From the NCBI GenBank assembly GCA_963664325.2, contig CAXXDQ010000003.1:928001-992000 (forward strand): DNA of 64,000 nt, written 5' to 3'. Positions 29,404-38,056 of this stretch are shown one piece after another (positions within the stretch are counted from its first letter, which is position 1; the number at the start of each line of letters is the position of its first letter). This DNA is from Desulfomonilia bacterium (GTDB lineage Bacteria > Desulfobacterota > Desulfomonilia > UBA1062). The translations under genes and the position numbers were made by a program. The notes beneath the pieces were generated by a model. It was not told where the DNA came from and searched no databases. It worked only from the letters and a program-made list of their open reading frames with translations.

Positions 29404-30507
29404 TCAAGATTTATCGGCAATCTGATTATATTGTTTAATATATTTTCGGGCAATAGCGGGCCATGAAACATTTTCATCAATTTTACTGCTGATGTCTGTA
29501 CTGTCGGAACTCTTCAAAGCGTTCACAATGGCATTTGCCAGATTTCGGGCATCTCCTCTTTTAAAAAGACCGTCATCATGTACAAATGTTCTGTTAGCAT
29601 CGATATCGCTTACAACTGGAACAAGTCCTGCTGCAAGGGCCTCAAGCAAAGAAACGGATGTCCCATCAGCCAAAGACGTTGAAACATAAACCTTCGCTTT
29701 CTCCATGTATGAAGGGATCTCGCTGTTATCCAGCATGCCCGTAAAAATGATATTTCTTGTAAAGCCAAGTTCATCGGCCAGGTTTTGAAGATATTTTTTC
29801 TGCGAACCTTCGCCGACAATTATAAAACTTGCATCAGGTTCCTCCTGAATAACAAGGGGGACAGCTTTAATTAGCGTTTCAACATCATAAACCGGCTCCA
29901 GGCTTCTTGTGGATATAACCGTTTTTGAATTATTATCAGGATTGACTTCAAAGAACCTCTCGTCAATGCCTGATGAAATCACTTCGGCACAGGATAATGC
30001 CATGTTTGATTTCATATTTTCCGAGACAACTGTAATTCCATCAGAGAGGAACGCTGAAAGATTGAACAAGGGTTTTATCAGTGATTTCTGGCCGATGCGA
30101 TAGTCCATCCCGCGTACAGAATTTATGACATGCCGTCCTGTCAGTTTTCCAGCAAAGGCGGCGATAAGCCCTGTCGGGACGATCCAGTTGCCGTGTATTA
30201 TATCAGGTTTTTCCTTGATGATCAGGCGTAGAGCTGCGAAGAGTCCTGTGAGCATGTAAACGCTCATTGCAAAAACTGGTATTTTGCCGCTCTGTCCTAA
30301 AGGCTTTCCTCTGCTTGGGTACCAGAAACGATGGACAGGAATATCTTCATCAATTTCAAATTTCCGGCTTTCCTTGAAAACTTTAGGGCACAGAACAATA
30401 ATTTCTATCCCTTCATTTTTCAAGGCAAGGCAAAGCTTTTTTATGAAGATACCGCGATATGAACCCGGATAATCAGGATAGCCGTTGGATATCATCAGGA
30501 CTTTCAC
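29404..30507 (-). CDS. GT4 family glycosyltransferase
   Basis: VKVLMISNGYP...GIFI, PDIIHGNW and DGTSVSLLEALAAG. Start is uncertain (GTG at 30507; the ORF is open to 30543). Confidence 0.85.
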   Translation of the reverse strand: MKVLMISNGYPDYPGSYRGIFIKKLCLALKNEGIEIIVLCPKVFKESRKFEIDEDIPVHRFWYPSRGKPLGQSGKIPVFAMSVYMLTGLFAALRLIIKEKPDIIHGNWIVPTGLIAAFAGKLTGRHVINSVRGMDYRIGQKSLIKPLFNLSAFLSDGITVVSENMKSNMALSCAEVISSGIDERFFEVNPDNNSKTVISTRSLEPVYDVETLIKAVPLVIQEEPDASFIIVGEGSQKKYLQNLADELGFTRNIIFTGMLDNSEIPSYMEKAKVYVSTSLADGTSVSLLEALAAGLVPVVSDIDANRTFVHDDGLFKRGDARNLANAIVNALKSSDSTDISSKIDENVSWPAIARKYIKQYNQIADKS

Positions 30508-30596
30508 AATTAAAGCTATGCCACATGAATAGTTTCGGCGCAAGCAGTTGGGAGATATTGGAATATGTAATTATGTATGTTTGTATTACAAAGTTA

Positions 30597-30625
30597 TTGA
30601 CAAACGGGGCGTCATTTATTAGCAT
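30597..30625 (+). promoter_or_regulatory. Sigma70-type promoter of the acyl-CoA operon
   Basis: TTGACA-N17-TAGCAT, about 50 nt upstream of the GTG start. Confidence 0.55.
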
Positions 30626-30674
30626 TTTTTTATCGGGGCCAAACGGCCCTTTAATTCAGAATGGGGAGGATATA

Positions 30675-31826
30675 GTGTCTTTGCTCGATGCTTCGTATTC
30701 CAATGAACACAAGATATTTCGTGAGGCCGTAAGGAGATACTTTGAAAAGGAAGTAACACCTCATGCGGATGAATGGGAGAAAAACGGCATAGTTCCGAAA
30801 AAGGCCTGGAAAGATCTCGCAGCACAGGGTTTTTTATGCCCGTGGCTGCCTGAGGAATATGGCGGAACAGCCGCCGATTTCCTCTATTCATTCATCCTGG
30901 TCGAGGAAATGGTCAAGACCCGTTGCGGCGGATTTTTTTTCCCTCTTCACTCAGACATCATAGTCCCTTACATATACAGCTTCGGAAGTGATGAGCAGAA
31001 GGCAAAATGGCTGCCGGGCTGTGCATCGGGCGACATCATAACGGCCATAGCCATGACCGAGCCAAATGCCGGTTCAGATCTTGCCAATATCAAGACAACG
31101 GCAATAAAGGACGGCGACAGCTACATTATCAACGGCCAGAAAACATTTATCTCAAACGGCATAAACTGCGACCTGGTTATTGTGGCTGCAAAGACCGATC
31201 CCAAGGCCAACCCGCCTTATGCGGGGGTTTCGCTTATCGTTGTTGAAGACGGCACCCCGGGCTTTGAGCGAGGCAGAAAGCTTGAAAAGATAGGGCTTCA
31301 TTCCCAGGATACCACTGAGATGTCGTTTGTCGATTGCAGGGTACCAGTTTCCAATCTGCTCGGCCAGGAAGGCCAGGGGTTTTATTATCTTATGCAAAAG
31401 CTTCAGCAGGAAAGGCTGGTATGTGCCATGGGGGCGCAGGTAGGTGCTGAGGAATCCTTGAGGCTGACCATCGATTTCTGCAGATCACGCGAGGCGTTCG
31501 GCCGGCCGATAAGCCGGTTCCAGTACATCTCATTCGAACTGGCAAAACTGGCGACCGAGGTGGAAATCGGCAGGACCTTCCTCGAAAGCCTGATTATCGA
31601 GCACATGGCAAAGAAGGATGTGGTCATGAAAGCTTCAATGGCCAAATACTGGATTTGCGAGATGCTGAACCGTGTTGTAGGCCAGTGCGTCCAGTTCCAC
31701 GGCGGGTATGGATACATGGAGGAATACCCGATTGCACGCGCCTTCAGAGACGCACGGGTGCAGACGATATATGCGGGCACATCCGAAATAATGCTTCTTA
31801 TTATCAGCCGTCAGATGGGATTGTAA
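30675..31826 (+). CDS. Acyl-CoA dehydrogenase (long-chain type)
   Basis: AMTEPNAGSD, NGQKTFISNG, QERL, R.AFG, HGGYGYM and IYAGTSEI. GTG start after a GGAGG RBS. Confidence 0.93.
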   Translation: MSLLDASYSNEHKIFREAVRRYFEKEVTPHADEWEKNGIVPKKAWKDLAAQGFLCPWLPEEYGGTAADFLYSFILVEEMVKTRCGGFFFPLHSDIIVPYIYSFGSDEQKAKWLPGCASGDIITAIAMTEPNAGSDLANIKTTAIKDGDSYIINGQKTFISNGINCDLVIVAAKTDPKANPPYAGVSLIVVEDGTPGFERGRKLEKIGLHSQDTTEMSFVDCRVPVSNLLGQEGQGFYYLMQKLQQERLVCAMGAQVGAEESLRLTIDFCRSREAFGRPISRFQYISFELAKLATEVEIGRTFLESLIIEHMAKKDVVMKASMAKYWICEMLNRVVGQCVQFHGGYGYMEEYPIARAFRDARVQTIYAGTSEIMLLIISRQMGL

Positions 31827-31830
31827 GGCT

Positions 31831-33021
31831 ATGTTGAAAGGTCTTAGAATCCTTGATTTCAGTTATCTTCTGCCGGGTCCGCTTGCAACAGTAATGCTTG
31901 CCGATATGGGCGCCGAAGTCTTGAAGATCGAATCGCCGGTAAAGGTTGACCTTGTAAGGCTTGCTCCGCCATTTATTGATGATGACTGCAAAATTTCATA
32001 CATGCATGCCTATCTGAACAGGAACAAGAAGTCACTTTCGCTAGATCTGAAAAAGCCTGCCGCACTCACAATTATTCAAAAACTCGTAACTGAGCAGGGA
32101 TATGATATTGTTGTTGAACAGTTCAGGCCAGGTGTTATGGCGAGGCTCGGACTCGGATATGAAGCTCTGAAAAAAATCAAGCCTGACATTATTTATTGCT
32201 CTATTACCGGCTATGGACAATCGGGACCGTTAAGAAACAGGGCGGGGCACGATATAAATTACCTGAGTCTTTCAGGTGTAATGGGTTATTCGGGGAATAA
32301 GGAGACAGGTCCTGCACTCATGGGCATCCAGGTTGCCGACGTAACCGGTTCGCATGCCACGGTCATAGGCATCCTGTCGGCTGTCCTTGACAGGAAGAAT
32401 TCAGGCCGGGGCCGGCATGTCGATATTTCCATGACAGACTGCATGTTCCCGTTTCATGCCGTGACCGGGCTTAAGGGCTTATATGAAGATAAAGAGCCAT
32501 GTTTCGGGAGCGATGCATTGAACGGAGGCTCTTTATACGGTTTTTATGAAACCTCTGACGGGCGGTATCTTTCGTTCGGGGGCATCGAGCCGCAGTTTTT
32601 AAAGGCATTTTTAACGGAACTCGGAATTGCCGATCTGATTGAGGGCGGAATCATGTCCGAGAGTGAAGTCGGGGAACTCCGCAAAAAGGTGGCCGGGATA
32701 ATCATGACAAAGCCACTCTCCTGCTGGAAAGAACGTTTTGAAAAAATTGACGCCTGCGTCGAGCCTGTTCTGACCGTCAGTGAAGCGATTAATACTCCTC
32801 ATGCAAAAGACAGGGGTCTTATTGTTGATGTGCCTATGAATTCAGGCGGAAAATTTCCTCAGCCGGCCCTGCCTATAAAATGCAGCGGTTTTGTTGCCCG
32901 TTACAACTGGGCAGGCTGTGAACTCGGGAGGGATAATGAAAGCATCCTGACTTCTCTCGGCTACACCAAGGCAAATATTGCTGAATTAAGAGCACTCGGG
33001 CTCTTCGGAATAGAAACATAA
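31831..33021 (+). CDS. CaiB/BaiF (class III) CoA transferase / acyl-CoA racemase family protein
   Basis: LPGP..LADMGAEVLKIE, NRNKKSL, FRPGV and AGHDINY. Confidence 0.92.
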   Translation: MLKGLRILDFSYLLPGPLATVMLADMGAEVLKIESPVKVDLVRLAPPFIDDDCKISYMHAYLNRNKKSLSLDLKKPAALTIIQKLVTEQGYDIVVEQFRPGVMARLGLGYEALKKIKPDIIYCSITGYGQSGPLRNRAGHDINYLSLSGVMGYSGNKETGPALMGIQVADVTGSHATVIGILSAVLDRKNSGRGRHVDISMTDCMFPFHAVTGLKGLYEDKEPCFGSDALNGGSLYGFYETSDGRYLSFGGIEPQFLKAFLTELGIADLIEGGIMSESEVGELRKKVAGIIMTKPLSCWKERFEKIDACVEPVLTVSEAINTPHAKDRGLIVDVPMNSGGKFPQPALPIKCSGFVARYNWAGCELGRDNESILTSLGYTKANIAELRALGLFGIET

Positions 33022-33038
33022 TAATAAGGAGGAGTAAG

Positions 33039-34502
33039 ATGGGAGGGATTGTTTCATTCGGCGGATATATTCCGCGTTACCGGATCACTAGGATGAACAT
33101 TGTCCAGAATATGGCATGGTATTTCCCGGTGATAATGGCGGTTGCAGGCGGCGAAAAGGCTGTAGCCAACTGGGACGAGGATGCCATCAGCATGGCTGTT
33201 GCAGCCGGCTGGGACTGTATGGGAGGCAAGGACAGGAAGAAGATTGACTCTGTTTATCTGGCGTCAACGACGCTGCCTTTTTCCGACAGGCTCAATGCAG
33301 GCATAGTAGCGGCAGCGCTGAATGTGCGGGAAGAGGGCTCTATGCATGCCGATTTCGGTTCATGCATAAAGGCCGGCACTACCGCCATGATAGCAGGGTT
33401 GGAAGCGGTAGGATCAGGCAAGCGAGGGAATGTCCTTGTTGCGGCTTCTGACCTCCGCCGAACGAAAATGGCTACAATGCTTGAAATGTTCTACGGCGAC
33501 GGTGCAGCAGCCGTACTGCTGGGCAATAAAGATGTTGTTGCAGAGTTCATAGACAGTTATTCCATCAGCTGCGACTTTATTGACCACTATAAAGGTTACG
33601 GCAAGGAATTTGACTATAACTGGGAAGAACGATGGGTGCGGGACGAAGGCTACGGCAAGATAATCCCCGAGGCAGTCAAAGGCTTTCTCAAAAAAGCGAA
33701 TCTGGCGATAGGCGATTTCGCAAAAGTCATTTATCCGTGCTATTTTACAGGCACACACAAGCAGATTGCCAAGGAGCTTGGAATAGAGCCGGCAAAGCTT
33801 CAAAACAACCTGCATGACGGCATCGGAGATACGGGAACGGCGCATCCGCTCCTGATGCTTGTTGCCGCACTTGAAGATGCGAAACCCGGAGAAAAGATAC
33901 TGCTTGCAGGCTTCGGCCAGGGATGCGACGTGCTGGGTTTTACGGTAACCGACAAGATACTTGCATTGCAGGGTTCACGCGGGATCAAGAAGTGCATTGC
34001 CGGAAAGGTCGACATCGGCAGCTATCAGAAATTCATCAAATTCAGGGATCTCATCGAGGCCGATCTCGGGATCAGGGGAGAGGCGAATCCGAATACGTCG
34101 CTCACCGTTCTCTGGAGGAAGCACAAGATGATTCTGGGCATGGAAGGAAGCAAGTGCAAAAAATGCAGCACCGTACAATTCCCGTCACAGCCCATCTGCG
34201 TAAAGCCCGACTGCGGCAGCACCGAGTTTGATCCATGCGAGTTTGCAGACAAATCCGGCAGTGTAGCAATGTTCACAGGCGACCTCCTGTCGCCATCAGT
34301 TGATCCGCCGGCAGTTTATGGCATGGTCGAATTCGATGGAGGCGGCAGGACAATGCTCGATTTCACAGATTGCAACCTCAACCAGGTCAAGGTCGGCATG
34401 AAGGTGAAGATGTCTTTCAGGAGAAGGTATACTGACAATATGAGGGGTTTCACAGGCTATTTCTGGAAGGCCTTGCCCCAGGTGGAAGGGCAGGAGGTGT
34501 AG
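33039..34502 (+). CDS. HMG-CoA-synthase-like domain fused to a DUF35 (zinc ribbon + OB-fold) domain
   Basis: YIPRYRI, DEDAISMA, GDGAAA and IGDTGTAH, then C-terminal CKKC..FP...C...C and VGMKVKMSFR. Confidence 0.85.
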   Translation: MGGIVSFGGYIPRYRITRMNIVQNMAWYFPVIMAVAGGEKAVANWDEDAISMAVAAGWDCMGGKDRKKIDSVYLASTTLPFSDRLNAGIVAAALNVREEGSMHADFGSCIKAGTTAMIAGLEAVGSGKRGNVLVAASDLRRTKMATMLEMFYGDGAAAVLLGNKDVVAEFIDSYSISCDFIDHYKGYGKEFDYNWEERWVRDEGYGKIIPEAVKGFLKKANLAIGDFAKVIYPCYFTGTHKQIAKELGIEPAKLQNNLHDGIGDTGTAHPLLMLVAALEDAKPGEKILLAGFGQGCDVLGFTVTDKILALQGSRGIKKCIAGKVDIGSYQKFIKFRDLIEADLGIRGEANPNTSLTVLWRKHKMILGMEGSKCKKCSTVQFPSQPICVKPDCGSTEFDPCEFADKSGSVAMFTGDLLSPSVDPPAVYGMVEFDGGGRTMLDFTDCNLNQVKVGMKVKMSFRRRYTDNMRGFTGYFWKALPQVEGQEV

Positions 34503-34503
34503 G

Positions 34504-35709
34504 ATGGCAAGCGGAATAAGAGATAAGGTTGCCATTATCGGAATGGGTTGTACAAAATTCGGAGAGCGCTGGAATTCAAGCCCCGAAGACCTTATGGTAG
34601 AGGCATTCAGCGAGGCGATAGCCGATGCGGGCATTGAAAAGAAAGAAATTCAGGCGGCATGGTTTGCAACATGTTTTGACGAGGCTAGCGTCGGCAAGAG
34701 CGCACTTCCGCTTTCTATGGCGCTGAGATTGCCCAATATTGCCGTAACAAGGGTGGAAAATTTCTGTGCCAGCGGGACTGAGGCCTTCCGCGGTGCGGTT
34801 TATGCCGTGGCCTCGGGCGCATATGATATCGTTCTGGCTCAGGGAGCGGAAAAACTTAAGGACATCGGTTATGGCGGCCTTCCAGAGTTCAGCTCGGCAA
34901 TGGGCACGACAAACGCACTGTGGTTCCCGAATGTGACCGCACCGGGCAGTTTCGCCATGCTGGCAAGCAGTTATGCAGCGAAATACGGTCTGGACATGCA
35001 GGATATAAAACGCGCCATGGCCCACATCTCCGTCAAGAGCCATGCAAACGGCGCACTTAATCCCAAGGCCCACCTCCGCAAACCTGTAAGTGAAGATCAG
35101 GTGCTTGCAGCGCCGATGATTGCCTATCCTCTCGGGCTGTTTGACTGCTGCGGGGTCAGCGACGGCAGCGCATGTGCCATCGTGACCACTCCCGAAATAG
35201 CAAAATCTCTCGGTAAAAAAGATATAGTTACAGTCAAAGCGCTTCAGCTTTCGCTTTCCAACGGTACTGAAATCGCCTATGGCTGGGACGGCGCACACTT
35301 CGTCACAACCACCAAAGCCAGTAAGGAAGCCTATGCCGAGGCAGGCATAAAGAAGCCACGCGAAGAACTCAGTATGATAGAGGTCCATGACTGCTTTTCC
35401 ATCACGGAGCTCGTTACCATGGAGGACCTTCATATATCCGAGCGCGGTAAAGGCCCTAAAGACATCCTCGACGGGTTCTACGATGCGGCCGGAAAAGTGC
35501 CGTGCCAGATCGACGGAGGCCTCAAATGCTTCGGCCACCCGATCGGCGCATCCGGGCTTCGTATGGTCTATGAAATGTATCTGCAGTTCCAGGGTAAAGC
35601 GGGCCAGCGCCAGCTCAAAAACCCTAAATTCGGCCTGACTCACAACCTGGGCGGACTGCCGGTCATGAACGTCTGCTCGATATCTATTTTGGGCAGGTAT
35701 GAAAAATAG
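34504..35709 (+). CDS. SCP2-type thiolase (acetyl-CoA acetyltransferase)
   Basis: RVENFCASG, NPKAH, DG.AC, EVHDCF, GHPIGASG and HNLGG. Confidence 0.9.
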   Translation: MASGIRDKVAIIGMGCTKFGERWNSSPEDLMVEAFSEAIADAGIEKKEIQAAWFATCFDEASVGKSALPLSMALRLPNIAVTRVENFCASGTEAFRGAVYAVASGAYDIVLAQGAEKLKDIGYGGLPEFSSAMGTTNALWFPNVTAPGSFAMLASSYAAKYGLDMQDIKRAMAHISVKSHANGALNPKAHLRKPVSEDQVLAAPMIAYPLGLFDCCGVSDGSACAIVTTPEIAKSLGKKDIVTVKALQLSLSNGTEIAYGWDGAHFVTTTKASKEAYAEAGIKKPREELSMIEVHDCFSITELVTMEDLHISERGKGPKDILDGFYDAAGKVPCQIDGGLKCFGHPIGASGLRMVYEMYLQFQGKAGQRQLKNPKFGLTHNLGGLPVMNVCSISILGRYEK

Positions 35710-35711
35710 AT

Positions 35712-35816
35712 GATAAGCTGTTGGGTGGATCGGAAAAAGTTATTAAGCTGATTGTTGATTAGTAAACGCCAAAATGACTTTGAATCTGCTCAACAGCTTA
35801 TCGGTTCAACAGCTTA
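35712..35816. repeat. Intergenic inverted/direct repeat (structured RNA candidate)
   Basis: GATAAGCTGTTGGGTGGAT (35712-35730) pairs with ATCTGCTCAACAGCTTATC (35784-35802). TCAACAGCTTA occurs twice. Confidence 0.6.
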
Positions 35817-35836
35817 ATATCTGATTTGGAGGAAAA

Positions 35837-36286
35837 ATGGCTGATAAAACTAAAGTCGGTAAAGAATATCCGCCTGTAATCTGGGAGGTGGAAAAGGGCA
35901 AGATCAGGGAGCTTGCAAGGGCGATAGGCGACCCGAACCCTGTTTATGCTGACAGGAAAGCAGCGGTAGCGCAAGGATATAAGGATGTGGCTGCAAGCCC
36001 GACATTTCTGACTGTGCCTGCAATGTGGTGCAATATACTCGCAACTGTTCTGTTAGATGCCGGGGTTAATGTCGCGATGGTGCTTCACGGGGAGGAGGAA
36101 TACGAGTATCTGGCGGAGATTTATCCCGGTGATGTGCTGACCGGCGTGCCAAGGCTGGCGGCTGTCGAGGAAAAGCAGAGCAAATCGGGAAGGACAATGG
36201 ATATGGTGACGATAGAAGTCGATTACACGAACCAGCGCGGCGAGAAAGCGGCCCGGGCCAGGACGCTGATAGTCGAGCGGAAATAG
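35837..36286 (+). CDS. MaoC-family dehydratase N-terminal-like subunit (HadA-like hotdog fold)
   Basis: VEKGKIRELARAIGDPNPVY, ASPTF and LHGEEEYEY. Confidence 0.85.
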   Translation: MADKTKVGKEYPPVIWEVEKGKIRELARAIGDPNPVYADRKAAVAQGYKDVAASPTFLTVPAMWCNILATVLLDAGVNVAMVLHGEEEYEYLAEIYPGDVLTGVPRLAAVEEKQSKSGRTMDMVTIEVDYTNQRGEKAARARTLIVERK

Positions 36287-36298
36287 GGGGAGCATGCC

Positions 36299-36721
36299 AT
36301 GGCGCTTTATTTTGAAGATGTGAATATCGGCCAGGATATGCCAGAACTGGTGAAGGGGCCTGTGCAGAAGCTGCAGCATGTCATTTACGCAGGGGCCTCC
36401 GGAGATTTCAATCCGCTTCATACCGACGATGACTTTGCAAAGGCTGTCGGCATGAAGGATGGTGTTATAACACACGGCATGTTCATAATGGGGACCATCG
36501 GACAGGCGATAACTTCGTGGGTCGAGAAAAAAGACCTGAAAAAATTCGGAGTAAGGTTTCAGGGCATGACAAGACCAGGCAATACGATAACGGTTACCGG
36601 AAAGGTTATTGACAAAGTGATGGATGGAAATATTATTATCTGTGAAGTTCAGGCCGCTGACGAATCTGGCGATATCAAGGCAACAGGCCGGTTCACTGCA
36701 AAGCTTCCCAATAAGGGATAA
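36299..36721 (+). CDS. MaoC-family (R)-specific enoyl-CoA hydratase catalytic subunit (HadB-like)
   Basis: YAGASGDFNPLH and THGM. Confidence 0.88.
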   Translation: MALYFEDVNIGQDMPELVKGPVQKLQHVIYAGASGDFNPLHTDDDFAKAVGMKDGVITHGMFIMGTIGQAITSWVEKKDLKKFGVRFQGMTRPGNTITVTGKVIDKVMDGNIIICEVQAADESGDIKATGRFTAKLPNKG

Positions 36722-36741
36722 ATAAATCGAGGAGGATTGGC

Positions 36742-37650
36742 ATGTCAAAAATTGATTTAGCAGGAAGGGTTGCAATAGTAACGGGCGCGGGTGCGGGGCT
36801 TGGCAAGTCTCATGCGCTGGAGCTTGCAAAACACGGGGCCAAGATCGTTGTCAATGACCTGGGCGGCTCACGCGACGGTCAGGGCGGAAGCCATACCGCT
36901 GCAGAGCAGGTTTGCGCTGAAATCAAAGCCCTTGGCGGTCAGGCTGTCCCGAATTTCGACAGTGTTGCAACAGTAGCCGGAGGCGAAAACATAGTGAAAA
37001 CGGCAGTGGATGCATTCGGCAAGATCGATATAGTCGTTAACAATGCAGGCATACTTCGCGACAAGTCATTCGGCAAGATGGATGAAGAAAGCTGGGATCT
37101 GGTTAATTCGGTTCATCTGAGGGGCGCTTTCTGCGTCACGAAACCTGCATTCAATTTAATGAAGGAGCAGGGCTATGGCAGGATAGTCATGACGACATCC
37201 GGTGCGGGCCTTTTCGGCAATTTCGGCCAGACAAACTATGCGGCTGCAAAGACAGGTCTTATAGGGCTTACGAATGTCCTCAAGCTGGAAGGTGCAAAAT
37301 ACAATATCAAGACAAATGTTATCGCCCCTATTGCCGCATCACGTCTCACCGAAGATGTCATGCCCCCGCAGCTGCTTGAGAAGATGAAGCCTGAATTCAT
37401 TACCGCGCTCGTCGTATACCTGTGCTCCGAGCAATGCCAGGATTCGGGTGCCATAATCAATTGTGCCGTGGGCTATTACAGCCGCACTGCGCTTGTAACA
37501 GGCAAGGGCGCAATCCTGTCAGACGGCAAGAGAATACCGGCTCCAGAGGAGATAATGGAGAACTGGGACAAGATAATGAATCTTGACGGAGCCAAGACCC
37601 TGGGCCAGCTCAACGAAATCTTCGGCGAATTCAGCCAGCTCCTGCAGTAA
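36742..37650 (+). CDS. SDR (R)-3-hydroxyacyl-CoA dehydrogenase-like protein (MFE-2 type)
   Basis: TGAGAGLG, VVNDLGG, NNAGILRD and GNFGQTNYAAAK. Confidence 0.9.
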   Translation: MSKIDLAGRVAIVTGAGAGLGKSHALELAKHGAKIVVNDLGGSRDGQGGSHTAAEQVCAEIKALGGQAVPNFDSVATVAGGENIVKTAVDAFGKIDIVVNNAGILRDKSFGKMDEESWDLVNSVHLRGAFCVTKPAFNLMKEQGYGRIVMTTSGAGLFGNFGQTNYAAAKTGLIGLTNVLKLEGAKYNIKTNVIAPIAASRLTEDVMPPQLLEKMKPEFITALVVYLCSEQCQDSGAIINCAVGYYSRTALVTGKGAILSDGKRIPAPEEIMENWDKIMNLDGAKTLGQLNEIFGEFSQLLQ

Positions 37651-37666
37651 TTTATCGTAAAAGAAT

Positions 37667-37707
37667 GTGGCAGCCCTCTTTCTGAGAAACTGAGGGCTGC
37701 CGCTTTT
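37667..37707 (+). terminator. Intrinsic terminator of the acyl-CoA operon
   Basis: GTGGCAGCCCTC ... GAGGGCTGCCGC followed by TTTT. Confidence 0.75.
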
Positions 37708-38056
37708 ACCCTGGTTTATATCAGATTGCCCTGTATTATAAAGTATCGGCTTCATGCCGGGAATTTCCGTCTGCAAATCAGCTCCATTAGTGCATATGTC
37801 AAATGGAGATTATTGCCATTGAAATTACATAAGTGATGGTCTGACACCATACCATATTCTGCAGTGATATTATCTCTTGCGTTGAACTGGCATCCCTGAT
37901 CTCTTTGCGGCTTCTTATTAAAGGAGAAAACAGATGGATTTAAAAGTCTAAAGAAAAAAGCGTTAAAACCCGAATAGATTATCAGGCCGATGGGGCAAAG
38001 ACCCCATTACAGCTCTGTTGTTGCAGACAAATAAGCTTATGATCAGAAGGCTTGAT

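Noticed and set aside
37989-38008. Hairpin ATGGGGCAAAGACCCCAT as part of a c-di-GMP riboswitch
   Set aside because: The second stem and conserved flanking motifs are missing.
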